A DNA stretch of 64,000 bases, taken from contig CAVWVQ010000003.1 of assembly GCA_963758525.1 (NCBI GenBank), positions 640,001-704,000 of the forward strand, given 5' to 3'. The DNA comes from an uncultured Phycisphaerales bacterium (GTDB lineage Bacteria > Planctomycetota > Phycisphaerae > Tepidisphaerales > Tepidisphaeraceae). Of the stretch, positions 53,562 through 64,000 are shown piece after piece. The notes under the pieces are model-generated. The model was not told the DNA's origin and made no database searches. It was given only the letters and a program-made list of their open reading frames with translations. A program made the translations under genes and the position numbers. The number at the start of each line of letters is the position of its first letter. The first letter of the stretch is position 1.

Positions 53562-56500
53562 ATGAAAATAAGAAACTTACTCTGTAAAGCGGCTGTCATC
53601 GCTGGCGTGTACACGGCGGGTGCTTTTCCGATCGCCCTGCATGGGGCTGAGGAAGTACCGCTTCCGGCAACACCGCCGCAGGATCAGGGGCTCCCCTACA
53701 CGCGCACTGCCCGCGCCAGAGCATTGGAAAATATTCGCAATTGCCTGGTGGTTTTCCCCGGCAGTCGATATGCCTATGTCAACGGCCTGGAGGTTCGCCT
53801 CGACGAGAAGAACTGGCATGACGAGGCGCTGGCGAAGGATGGAACTGTTTTCGTTCCGCAGAGCGCGGTCTCGCTGGTGGAGTTGGCAGACGTCAAGGCG
53901 GGCCCTGCTCCTTCCTACCTTGCCGACCGGTGGATCTACACGCTGTTGCGACCTGCCGTCCTCCTGCCCCGGGGTGTTGCGACGATTGACGTCGACGGCC
54001 GGCCTTACGTCGACTTGATCGCCTACGCCAGGGCATTGCGGATCAAGACGTATCAGCATGCGCGCGGGTTTGTCCTGATCGGCAGCGATCCGCCAACGCT
54101 CGAGAAGCTTTCGCCGCCCCTGCTCGATTCGATGGTCACGCTTTTCGACACGCCCGAGAAGTTTGCGGATCCGGACATCGCCACCAGATACATTCCCACT
54201 CTCATCAGGCAGGGGAAGTGGACCGACCATGTGAAGGTCACCGCCGAACAGCTCAAGATTCTCAACGGGCCGGAGACGAAGTGGCCGACGGCGCCGCAGT
54301 CGTCATACGACTTCACGGGATTCAATTACAAATTACTCGGCTCCAAAGTTCCGCCGCCGGGGGTCTATCCACGTGTTCTCTTCAGCCCCGAGGACGTGCC
54401 GATGCTGGCGGAGCGAATCAAGAGCAGTCGCACCGGCCAGATGGCGCTCATTGAGATGAAGTATCTCTTCGAGAAAAGCTGGTGGAATCCCAAGACCAGC
54501 GACGGAGTGATTTTCCAGAAGCTTGCCAGCGGGGACGTCGCGGGGCTGGAGTTTGACTCTCCGCCGAATATCTCCCCCACCGCCATTTCCAATTTGTTCA
54601 AGGGCCAAAAGCCTGGCATTTTCAATACACACATCCAATACAACCCTGAATGCCTGACGGCGATGGCGCTGTATTGCCTTCTGACCAATGACGACGTGCA
54701 TGGACGTCAGGCGGCCGCCGCAATCGCAAGCTTTTACAAGTTGCGCGAGCCGATCCTCGACGAGGTCAACCAGATCAGCGACACGGAGTTTGGAGGGGTT
54801 TATGTACGCCCCAATGGCGAGACAATCACCATGGCGGGCAACGGCGCCGTCACACACTGGCGTACGGTGCAAAACGTCATTTCGCACATGAATCTGGGCC
54901 TTTCTCTCGACTTTGGCGGCAAGTGGATGACGCCGGAAGAGAAGGACGTCATGCGCCGCGTCATCGTGAAGGCGACCTACGGCAAACGCCCGTATGGTCA
55001 GGACGGATCGATCCGTTTCCGCGATGTGAATTGGGTCGCCTGGGATCTGCCGCCGTTTCTCGCTGTGACGGCGATCGAAGGTCTGGAGGGATTCGACCGC
55101 GAGGCGTACGAGTCCGACTGCGCCACTGTCCGGGCGTTCTGTGATTGGGGAATCGACGAAAACGGCGTGATCTACGAGAGCAACGGGAAGACACCAGGAA
55201 GCCTGCAGTTTCAGACCCTCTCCATGATCACGCTCGCCCGTCGCGGTGAAAACCTTTTCGGTCATCCCCACTGGCGGAAGTTGCTGGAGGGCCAGATCGA
55301 GATGACCTCCCCCAGCGGCCGCGTGACGGTCAACAGCGGCACGCAATACGTTCCCTACAGCCGCCAATACTTCTCGCCGCAGATGATCGATGAATACAAG
55401 GCCTTCTTTCCCGACGAGCGCAACGCGGACTACCTGCTCGGCCGCGCCAAAATGTTTGTGGAAGAGGGCATGGACCAGGAGACGATGCGCGAGTGGTCGC
55501 TCTTTGACTTCTCACCCGACGAGTACCGGGCGAAGGTGGCCAGCATCCTACGGCTTCGCCTGCCGAGCCCGACCTATCCCGGCTTCGTCCATGGCATGCT
55601 CTACGACACCGACATCCAGCCCACAACACGTGCCGATCTGAAGCTGCCGCTCGACTTCAACGACCCTATCCATGGCGTCTTCTCCAGCTACAGCGACCAG
55701 ACTCCCAATGCGACGTGGATCAACATGATGGTGCGGCCCGATCATTACATTGGCGCCGGCCATCATCATTCCGATGCCGGCATGTTTCACTTCTCCGCGC
55801 TGGGTGTGGACTGGTTCACGCAAACGCAGTTCAGCGGGAATTACGAGGGGAAATACTACAACCTGGTGCAGGTGGACGGTCATTCCGAGCCAGAAGTGAT
55901 GCCGGGAGGAAACGCCTACCAGGCCGCCGCGACCTACCTCGGCGCCAACTCAAGTGCTAATGGAGCATTCGGCAGCGCGGATCTGACCGACTCCTACAGT
56001 TATCGCTGGCAGACCCAGCCGGCGCCGGTCTGGCCGCCCAATTCCAGCTCGATGGGATGGGAGATGGAGCCGTCCCCGCGCATCCTCGAGATGTTTGCCG
56101 GGACGGCGCATTACAAGATGCGCTTCTGGTGGGCCAACTACAACTACTCCAATTACATGGCCACCAGCCGCGCACCGTGGAATCCGATGCAGTATGTCTA
56201 TCGCAGAGTGGGACTCGTCCGCGGCAATCATCCCTACGGCGTGGTGATTGACGACCTGAAGAAGGACGACGCAACGCATCTGTACCAGTGGGTTGCCATG
56301 CTCAATGGCGGGGTCTGGCAGGCGAAGGTCGACGGACTTCCCGCAGGCCAGATCGCGCTGGCCTTCCGCGAGCAGGATCCGAAATCGAACGGAATGATCC
56401 GCGCGGGCGAGCCGCCGATCGTTCCCCAAAATGGCGAGCCGTTGCTGCTGGTTTGTGCGCTGGGCGCCGGCGCCGATGCTGGCGGTCATCTGCCGATCGA

Positions 56501-56780
56501 GGTCACCACAGAAACCGGCCCGCCGGACAAGAAGGGCGCTGAACAACTCTACGCCCGGCTGGCCATCAACCACTCGGGAGCCGACGTCCACTTTAAGGTG
56601 CTTCTGATTCCGTTCAGAGCCGGCGAAGTGCTTCCCAGTCTGTCGTGCGATGCGGGCGCAAGCAAAGCGACGCTTGCATGGTCTGATCAGAACGACGAGC
56701 TGAATTTTGCATCTGACGCCAAAGGGCCGTCCGGAATCAGCGTGAGCCGCGGAGGTCAGAGCGTGCTGACCTCGAAATGA
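53562..56780 (+). CDS. Heparinase II/III-like protein (paralog 2) with N-terminal extension
   Basis: Signal peptide; PPPGVYPRVLF, AIEGLEGFD, GHHHSDAGMFHFSALG, DDLKKD...HLYQW. Confidence 0.75.
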   Translation: MKIRNLLCKAAVIAGVYTAGAFPIALHGAEEVPLPATPPQDQGLPYTRTARARALENIRNCLVVFPGSRYAYVNGLEVRLDEKNWHDEALAKDGTVFVPQSAVSLVELADVKAGPAPSYLADRWIYTLLRPAVLLPRGVATIDVDGRPYVDLIAYARALRIKTYQHARGFVLIGSDPPTLEKLSPPLLDSMVTLFDTPEKFADPDIATRYIPTLIRQGKWTDHVKVTAEQLKILNGPETKWPTAPQSSYDFTGFNYKLLGSKVPPPGVYPRVLFSPEDVPMLAERIKSSRTGQMALIEMKYLFEKSWWNPKTSDGVIFQKLASGDVAGLEFDSPPNISPTAISNLFKGQKPGIFNTHIQYNPECLTAMALYCLLTNDDVHGRQAAAAIASFYKLREPILDEVNQISDTEFGGVYVRPNGETITMAGNGAVTHWRTVQNVISHMNLGLSLDFGGKWMTPEEKDVMRRVIVKATYGKRPYGQDGSIRFRDVNWVAWDLPPFLAVTAIEGLEGFDREAYESDCATVRAFCDWGIDENGVIYESNGKTPGSLQFQTLSMITLARRGENLFGHPHWRKLLEGQIEMTSPSGRVTVNSGTQYVPYSRQYFSPQMIDEYKAFFPDERNADYLLGRAKMFVEEGMDQETMREWSLFDFSPDEYRAKVASILRLRLPSPTYPGFVHGMLYDTDIQPTTRADLKLPLDFNDPIHGVFSSYSDQTPNATWINMMVRPDHYIGAGHHHSDAGMFHFSALGVDWFTQTQFSGNYEGKYYNLVQVDGHSEPEVMPGGNAYQAAATYLGANSSANGAFGSADLTDSYSYRWQTQPAPVWPPNSSSMGWEMEPSPRILEMFAGTAHYKMRFWWANYNYSNYMATSRAPWNPMQYVYRRVGLVRGNHPYGVVIDDLKKDDATHLYQWVAMLNGGVWQAKVDGLPAGQIALAFREQDPKSNGMIRAGEPPIVPQNGEPLLLVCALGAGADAGGHLPIEVTTETGPPDKKGAEQLYARLAINHSGADVHFKVLLIPFRAGEVLPSLSCDAGASKATLAWSDQNDELNFASDAKGPSGISVSRGGQSVLTSK

Positions 56781-56873
56781 GCTGGCGGAAAACCCGCGGA
56801 GCGAGATGAGAATGCAGATGAGGAACGACCCTCGAGACGTTCTTCCCCCCTCTCCCGATATCGCGGGAGCGGA

Positions 56874-58846
56874 ATGACGATGCAGATACCCAACGATATT
56901 CGAGTGGTTCTTCCCCCCTCTCCCGGTACGCCGGGAGAGGGTTGGGGTGAGGGTGATTTTGAATATCGAACGATTGTCGAAATTCGGAAACAGGAAACCC
57001 CGGCGAATCGAACAACTTTCAACGCTCCAAATCACCCTCACCCCAACCCTCTCCCGGAGTACCAGGAGAGGGGCAAAGCGCGCCGGCATCATGCGACTTT
57101 ATTGGCGAAGATTGCGATCGCCATGATGATGCTGATTGCAGCGCGCTCATCCGCCGCCGAGTATCAATTCTCCGTCCCCACCGGCCCGCGCGATAGCCGC
57201 GCATTTCTTTGGATTCCCCCGCAGTGCCAGCATGTGCGCGGAATTCTCCTTGCCAGCCAGGTGATTCTTGAAAAGCGCGTCTGCGATGATCCGATCATCC
57301 GCGACGCATGCGCGCGTGAAAACCTCGCGATCATCATTTTGTATCGCAGCCCCTTTGGTGAATTTCATTACCACCGCGATCTGCCGCGGGCAAAAGCCAT
57401 TGAGAAAATCCGCGAGCTGGCAGCGGATCAGAAGATCGACGTCCAAATTGCTGACAAGAAAAGCGGAGCATCGCCACCCGATGCAAATCACTCCGACATA
57501 TCCAACGGCGAAACAGCAGATCAGATTCTCCAACGCATTCTCGACCGACTCGCTGGCGAGTCCAGCTATTCCGAAATCTCCACCGCACCGCTGCTAACCC
57601 TCGGCCATTCCGGCGGCGCCATCTTCGCCTGGAACGTCGCCTACTGCTGGCCGCAACGTATTCTCGGTCTGATCGGGCTGCATTCAGCGGTGATTCTCCC
57701 GCCCCCCTGGGATCCCAAGGCAACACCGGCTGGATTCCCCGCGCTGTGCATCAGCGGGGAATACGAGAGTTGGGGTAATCCCAGCGAACCGCTCGACAAG
57801 CACTGGCGCTGGCTCCGCGGCGGAATCCTCAACATGCGCGGCTGCTACGACGCCCAGGCGTGCGAGGTGGTTCAGCCGGGCTGCACCCACTTTAATTGGG
57901 ACACTCCACTCGCACAGGTCACGGCGAAGTTCATCGAGAAGGCTGCCCGCTATCGCATTCCTGCCGACGCTCCGGGGAACGAGACCAACCCAACGCAGCC
58001 CGCGCCCTGAAAACGCTGCCGATGGATTCTGGATGGCTGACGGATGTCGAAATGATGTCTCCCAGCCACTACCCCCCCGCTCCTTACTCCCAGTTCAAGC
58101 ACGATCCATCGCTCGGCTTCTGGCACATGGATGAGGAGATGGCGCAGGCAATCGAGAATTTCCCCAACTCCTATGGCGGAACGAAGGATCAGCGCGTCAC
58201 GTTTGTGCAGGACGGAAAGCCGGTCCCCGCAAAGTGGATTGATGAGCTGAAGTTCGAGCCGATCGACGACGGGATGACCGTAAAGCTCGCGGCAGACTTT
58301 TTAACTGAGACGCCGCAGGGCGTCGCCGGCGCGGGCCAACTGCTCGGACACGCCCCCGGACCCATCAAATTTCGCCTCATCGGCGGCTGGGGAGGCGGCG
58401 GCGAGCAGACCGGACCGGATACGTTTCGGATCCGCTTCGACCACTTCGGTCTCTCGCAGGGCTGCTGCAATATGCAGGTGATGGCCTACCAGGAGGGGGA
58501 CGCCATCTATAAATACGCCGAGCAGCCGTGCCAGATTTCTTTTCCTGAGAAGAACGCCGCGGGGGCAAAACAGACAATCAGCTTTCCGCAGATCGGATCG
58601 GTCAAGTGCACCGAGTCAATGATCCACCTGGGGGCTACGTCAGACTCAAAACTTCCGGTTAACTATCTGGTTCGTTGCGGCCCGGTCGAAGTAGACGGTG
58701 AGAACCTCCGCCTTACGCCCATCCCTCCGCGCAGCAAGTTTCCGATCAAGGTGACGGTGGTGGCCTATCAATGGGGTCGGCCGATCCCGCCGCTGGTGCA
58801 GACCGCGACGCCGGTGGAGCAAACTTTTTCAATCGAGAAGCCATGA
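56874..58846 (+). CDS. Secreted alpha/beta-hydrolase-like protein (paralog 2); frameshift near 58000
   Basis: AFLWIPP, LGHSGG; C-terminal FPIKVTVVAYQWG lies in the second ORF. Confidence 0.7.
56913..57073. repeat. CCCTCTCCC-type REP doublet (REPIN-like)
   Basis: Inverted pair: CCCTCTCCCGG...CCGGGAGAGGGTTGGGGTGAGGG / CCCTCACCCCAACCCTCTCCCGG...GGAGAGGG. Confidence 0.85.
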
Positions 58847-58914
58847 ACGAATCGGCAGGAATTCAATCGCCCCGCGCGACCCTCGTATCCTACCGGCATG
58901 ACAGCGCGCTCTTT

Positions 58915-59032
58915 CCCCCTCTCCCGGTACTCCGGGAGAGGGCAGGGGTGAGGGTGATTTCGGATACGAACGACTGTCGACATTCCGAATCACCCTCACC
59001 CCAACCCTCTCCCGGAGTACCGGGAGAGGGGG
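58915..59032. repeat. CCCTCTCCC-type REP doublet (REPIN-like)
   Basis: Same inverted units as 56913-57073 with a different spacer. Confidence 0.85.
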
Positions 59033-59057
59033 CAAGACCCCTATATTCCTTTGGTCC

Positions 59058-60677
59058 ATGGTGGCGCTGTTTTGCTGCCTGTGCGGCAGCGCCCAGGCTT
59101 TTTGGAATTCGGAATATCAATGGGGGATCGAAATTCCCAAGCCGGCCAACGATCCTCTCGTCTGGAACAAGACCGATGCATTTTTGTGGGTGCCTCCCAA
59201 GTCACAGCACATCCGGGCGGTGTTGCTCGCCCCCGCGAACATTATCGAGCGGCGGATCTGCGACGATCCCATCATCCGCGCGGAAGCGGAGAAGGACGAT
59301 CTCGCTCTGGTCTATTTCCAGGCGGGCTGGAAGAGCCCGATCATGGAAACGCCGCGACTGCTCGAGTTCGTGCAGTCGGTGCTCGATCAACTGGCGGTGA
59401 AATCGGGATACGACGAACTTCGAACCGTCCCCTGGATCACGATTGGCCACTCGGGAAACAGCCAGTTCTGTCAGGCGATGGCCCGCCAGAAACCGGAGCG
59501 AACGCTGGCGAATATCGTCATCAAAGGCGCCTTGCCGGGAGTGGCGAAGGACGGGAACACATCCGGGCTGGTCGGCGTGCCGATCCTTTTCGTGACCGGG
59601 CAGTTCGAGGAAGTGATGCCGCCCGGGAAAGTGCGGGACGCCTGGTGGGGGGTGCAGATGAAACGCTTTGCCGACGCCAAGGCGGCGGTTCCGCAGGCGC
59701 TGATCACCGGGATGGAAGATCGCAGCCATGGACATTTGAACTGGTTTCCCGACATGTCCCGTTTTGTGGCTCTGTACATCCACAAGGCAATGGCCGCTCG
59801 ACTGGGCGATTCCGATTTCACGACGCTCAAGACGGTTCCATTCGACAGCGGCTGGCTGAGCGATCCGGCCGAGGTGAACCCGCCGGCGCCGGTCAGGGAG
59901 TACAAGGGAAATCCGCAGCAGGCGTTCTGGCACTTCGACGAGGAGATGGCGCAGGCATGGCAGACGCTTTACGACCGTGATCGAGGCAAGAAGGAACAAC
60001 TGCTGGCCTTCACGCAGGACGGCAAAATCTCGCCCTGGTGGAACGGTTGGGCGCTGCAGTCGTATGAATTTCGTCCGCTGGCAGATGGCATTTCGTTCAC
60101 CGCCGATGCAACGTTTCGTGACCAGGTCCCGCAGCCCTTTGCCGATGCCGGCACAAAGCTTGGGCACTCCACGAGCGGTCCAATCCAGTTCCAGGTGCTC
60201 GGTTGGGCCGGGGCGACTGAGCAGACCGGGCCCAACCAATTCCGCGTCCGTTTCGATCGCGAAGGGGTGAATGGCCGCACGCTTCATGTGCTGCTTGGGG
60301 CGATTCATCCTGGTGACGCGGAGTACCGCGAGACGGTGGCGGTCGCATCATTCGATCTTCCCGGCGGCAACCATGAGGGGACGAAGCAGAAGCTCACATT
60401 CGCGCCGATTGCGGATGTTCCCGCGGGAACCACATCGGTGGCTCTGCATGCCAGTTCCGATTCGGGGCTGAAGGTCGATTACTACGTTTCGTATGGGCCG
60501 GCGGTGATTGAAGGCGACGCGATTCGCCTGATGCCGATTCCCGCCAGGGCGCGCTTTCCCATCGAGGTGAAAGTGACGGCTTATCAGTGGGGCCGCTCGA
60601 TGGCTCCGAAGATCGCGAGTTCGGATTTTGTGACGCAGACGTTTCACATTGTGAAAGCCGCTTCACCGGGGAAATGA
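59058..60677 (+). CDS. Secreted alpha/beta-hydrolase-like protein (paralog 3)
   Basis: AFLWVPP, IGHSGN, FPIEVKVTAYQWG; true start may be upstream (ATG 58843 overlaps the previous stop). Confidence 0.75.
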   Translation: MVALFCCLCGSAQAFWNSEYQWGIEIPKPANDPLVWNKTDAFLWVPPKSQHIRAVLLAPANIIERRICDDPIIRAEAEKDDLALVYFQAGWKSPIMETPRLLEFVQSVLDQLAVKSGYDELRTVPWITIGHSGNSQFCQAMARQKPERTLANIVIKGALPGVAKDGNTSGLVGVPILFVTGQFEEVMPPGKVRDAWWGVQMKRFADAKAAVPQALITGMEDRSHGHLNWFPDMSRFVALYIHKAMAARLGDSDFTTLKTVPFDSGWLSDPAEVNPPAPVREYKGNPQQAFWHFDEEMAQAWQTLYDRDRGKKEQLLAFTQDGKISPWWNGWALQSYEFRPLADGISFTADATFRDQVPQPFADAGTKLGHSTSGPIQFQVLGWAGATEQTGPNQFRVRFDREGVNGRTLHVLLGAIHPGDAEYRETVAVASFDLPGGNHEGTKQKLTFAPIADVPAGTTSVALHASSDSGLKVDYYVSYGPAVIEGDAIRLMPIPARARFPIEVKVTAYQWGRSMAPKIASSDFVTQTFHIVKAASPGK

Positions 60678-60709
60678 ATGTTCAACTTACACCGCCGCGA
60701 CGGATTGCT

Positions 60710-60741
60710 CCCTCTCCCGGATTACCGGGAGAGGGGGTGAG
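60710..60741. repeat. Single CCCTCTCCC-type REP hairpin
   Basis: CCCTCTCCCGGATTACCGGGAGAGGG just downstream of a stop codon. Confidence 0.7.
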
Positions 60742-60783
60742 TCGCCGGAAATTTTAAGAGTGCCTCCTTACGGAAGATCATTC

Positions 60784-63295
60784 ATGACGAAGCTTGCTCT
60801 CGCATTCCTCACGTTGATGTGCACCGCGCCCTTGCTGGCCTCCGCCCGCGACGCACCGCTGCGCTGCCTCCCCGGCGAGCCGAGCGCGGACGATGTGCTG
60901 AACGGGAAATACCCGTTTCCGCCATCGCCGGCGGTTGAGGCGCATGATGACTACACCGGCTTTGTTAAAGATCGGCTGACGAAAGTTCCACCGCCAGGCG
61001 TCCATCCGCGCATTCTCATCGGCCCCGACGATCTGCCCGACTTGCGGAAGCGTCTGAAGGAAACGGAAACCGGCCGCACGCTTCTCTCCAATCTCCGCAG
61101 CCGAATGGACGCAGCCGTTCGCAATCCGAACTTCTGGGGAAGCGACCTGTACGCGAAGCTCGCCGCGGGGGATGCCGGTGGCGCGCAGCGACTCCTTAAC
61201 GAGCATCATGGAATGCCGGAACCCGTCGGTCACTACCAGCCGTTCATCGGATCCTGTCTGGAAATGGAGTCCTTCGACGCGCTGGTGAGCGAAGATGCCG
61301 AGAAGGGAAAACGCGCCGGCAAGGCGCTGGCGACGTTCTGCCGAATGATCCAGCCCGCGGTCGAGAATGCCTTGAGCCAACCGCTGGGGGATGATGTCTG
61401 GCGCGTAAAGGTGACCGGTCCGACCACGGGCGATTGGTCGTCCGATCAGGGTGTTCGCGAACTGGTCGGATATCACCTTCTCGGCTACGCCTACGACTTT
61501 GCCTACAACTTCATGAGCGATGAAGATCGCGCCGCTGCCCGGCATCTCATTGCCACGATCATCGCCGGCCATGTCTGGATGGGCGCGCGACTCCCCCACC
61601 ATTGGCGCAACTGGAACTGGATCATGGTGGGGATGGGTGAGCCGTTGCTCTCGCTGGCCATTGAAGGAGAAGAGGGCTACGACCCGCGCGTGTACAAGAT
61701 GGGCGTTCAAATCGCCCGCGACTATTGCACCTACGCCATTTCCCCCAGTGGCGCCTCGACCGAGGCGGTGGGGTATACGCAATTTGGTTTTGTCTGGGGA
61801 GCGCCATTCATGGTGGCCGCCGCACGGCGCGGGGACAACCTGCTGGTGCAGAGCCATCATCGCGCCATGATCGACTGGTATCTCCAGACGATGGAGCCGT
61901 ATGGCAAATTGTGGCAAAGCCATGGGGACGGCGGTGTCACCGGCCCCGCGGTCTGGACGATGGCAATGTGGAAGTATTTTTATCCTGGCGATCCCAAAGT
62001 CGACTACCTCTGGCAAAACGCGCTGCATGCCGAAGGCGTCGAGCAACTCAAGACGAAGATCCACCAGGTAGAGGCGATGATCTGGGCGTCCGATCCAGAC
62101 AAGGATGCCAGCGGTCAGCCGATCAATTACGAAAACGGCGCGAAGCTGAGTGCGCCGCTGACGTGGTTTGATCCGATCCGCAGTTCGCTGATTGCCCGCA
62201 GCGGATGGTCGCCGGACGCGGCGGCGTTGGAGTTTGAGTGCCGCACCGACTCGGTCGGTTCCAGCCATGAGCACGCCGACCGGGGAAATTTCACCTTCAC
62301 CGCGCTCGGCCGCGACTGGGCGCGGGAGAGCTTTCGATCCATCGAATCGCGCCATCACGACTGCGTGCTGATCGATGGACTAGGCCAGGGCTTTTGGGGC
62401 GGGCCGGGCAAATGGCTCGGACTGAAAGACACTGGTTGGGCGCTGGTGGCCGGATGCGATGCGAAAGACGCCTACGACTGGTGGTGGCCCAAGGAAATCA
62501 CAACGGAAGATCCGGCGACGTTCATTCGCTTCAAATTTCCCAGGTGGGAATCGTATCTTCCGCAGGCCGAGGCGTTTCGCAAACAGTACGCCGGCGTCCC
62601 ACTGGAGCGCGACCCCCGGCCGTCGGTCGTGGCCCATTTCAAGGGATTTGAGCAGGGCGATCCGCGCATGTGGGACGAGGATTCCTGGCCGGTGCGCCTG
62701 CCGCACAATCCGGTACAACGCGCATTTCGATCGCTGGCATTCGTGCGCGAAGGGGACCCGTATCTCGTCGTTGTCGATGACATTCAAAAGGACGATCGCG
62801 AGCATCTCTACGAATGGCTGATGCAGACTGGTCCCGACACCGAGATGGCAAGTATCAAAGACAATGACATCATCCTCTGCGATGCCACGGTGCCGCGGCC
62901 CCGATGGCGTCGCCAAGCCGAGAAAGGGCGACCGTGAACTGCTCGTCCGCATCCTGCAAATGACCGACGCCGACCCGGGAACAGCGTATCAGGCGAAGCC
63001 CTCGGTTCGCCTGGAAGCATTTGAAAAGAAAGACACGACGTCGCCCGACGGCCGCTCGTTTGGTCTGGACAAACGGCTGGTGATTCCAAGCCGTTGCCTC
63101 GCGCCCAACTTCAAGATTCTCCTCTTCCCATTGCATGCCGGCGATCCGCTGCCGACCACAGCCTGGGACCAGAGCAACACGCACCTGATTCTCACCACCA
63201 GCCAGCAGAAGGACGAGATGACCTTCACCACCAGTGACGGCCGGACGAATCTTTCGATCCAGCGAGAGGGCAAGGAACCGACGGCCTTGCCGTGA
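60784..63295 (+). CDS. Heparinase II/III-like protein (paralog 3); frameshift near 62900
   Basis: PPPGVHPRILI, AIEGEEGYD, SHEHADRGNFTFTALG, DDIQKD...HLYEW. Confidence 0.75.
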
Positions 63296-63386
63296 TGGAA
63301 TGGAAGTTGGTCATTGCCCCTCTTCCGGAGCACCGAGACCGCTTGTTGTATGAGAGAACGAGAACAAATAGGAGTTTAAAGACCAT

Positions 63387-64000
63387 ATGCGATTTCAAAT
63401 ATCCTTTGCGGCCGCGTTGCTGCTTGCCGCAACATCGTCGTTCGCCAGCGAGCAATCTCCGTTCGCCGATAAGACGGCGGCTTCCTACTCCTCCTACAAC
63501 GACGACAAAGGGCATCCCGTTGAAATTCCCTGGGGTGACCTGAAGGCGAATGACTTCGGATCGCGAAAGATCGAGTTTGATGTCACCGGCGTCCGTCCGC
63601 TGCACCAGATTCCTGCGCCAGGAGTGCATCCTCGCATCTTCTTCACGCCCGACGATCTGCCGGACATCCGCCGACGGCTCAAGGAAACCCAATGCGGCCA
63701 GGCCGTTTGGAAAAACATTCTCTGCTGGACGGAGATGATGAAGGGCAACTACGACGACAAGGCCCAGTACGCGCAACCCGATGTGTGGAAAGGATCCTTC
63801 GGCGGACTCCACGGGAGGGTGCCGCTGTTCAGACTCGGGGTGAACGGTTCGCACGGCTACAACCACAATCAGGCCGCCCGCGAGCGATACCAGAAGCTGA
63901 TCGCCGGCGACATGACACAGGAAGTCGGCTTCTACTGGAACGTTTTTGCTCTTGAAGCATTTCGCTGCCTGATTGAGAACGATCAGAATGGTGCGAAGGA
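63387..64000 (+). CDS. Heparinase II/III-like protein (paralog 4), truncated by the window end
   Basis: Manual translation: MRFQISFAAALLLA signal peptide; PAPGVHPRIFFTPDDLPDIRRRL; EAFRCLIEND; absent from the ORF track because it has no stop. Confidence 0.75.
   Translation, partial: MRFQISFAAALLLAATSSFASEQSPFADKTAASYSSYNDDKGHPVEIPWGDLKANDFGSRKIEFDVTGVRPLHQIPAPGVHPRIFFTPDDLPDIRRRLKETQCGQAVWKNILCWTEMMKGNYDDKAQYAQPDVWKGSFGGLHGRVPLFRLGVNGSHGYNHNQAARERYQKLIAGDMTQEVGFYWNVFALEAFRCLIENDQNGAK

Noticed and set aside
4644..63295. About 14 frameshifts across ten genes read as programmed frameshifting, phase variation or mass pseudogenisation
   Set aside because: They are single-base indels, several in short homopolymers, spread over unrelated genes with almost no nonsense codons. 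Single-C losses also appear in a duplicated non-coding block. Long-read error is the simplest explanation; short-read polishing would decide.

Overview
GC-rich bacterial DNA with a gene content typical of Planctomycetota, probably Phycisphaerae/Tepidisphaerales (inferred from gene families only). It is a large carbohydrate-utilisation and cell-surface island. Glycan enzymes: three GH29 fucosidases, a GH35+CBM32 enzyme, a GH95-like enzyme, a GH43, four paralogous heparinase II/III-like proteins, and three paralogous secreted alpha/beta-hydrolase-like proteins plus an esterase. Surface and regulatory genes: an ECF sigma/FecR pair, three PEP-CTERM autotransporter-repeat proteins, seven prepilin-type (DUF1559/H-X9-DG-like) proteins, a carbamoyltransferase, two TMTC-like glycosyltransferases, an MNT-HEPN toxin-antitoxin pair and a PVC-type cytochrome c dehydrogenase. 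The most interesting signals are (1) a repeated two-gene cassette of a prepilin-type protein plus a conserved ~170-aa membrane-anchored two-Cys partner, including a tandem array at 46.7-52.3 kb; (2) a 143-bp MITE in three copies with 8-9 bp target duplications that carries an internal GTAG-REP doublet; (3) palindromic repeats inserted in frame in proteins; and (4) an identical 464-bp tract and a conserved upstream region shared by two PEP-CTERM genes. About ten genes are split by single-base frameshifts, most likely long-read errors.
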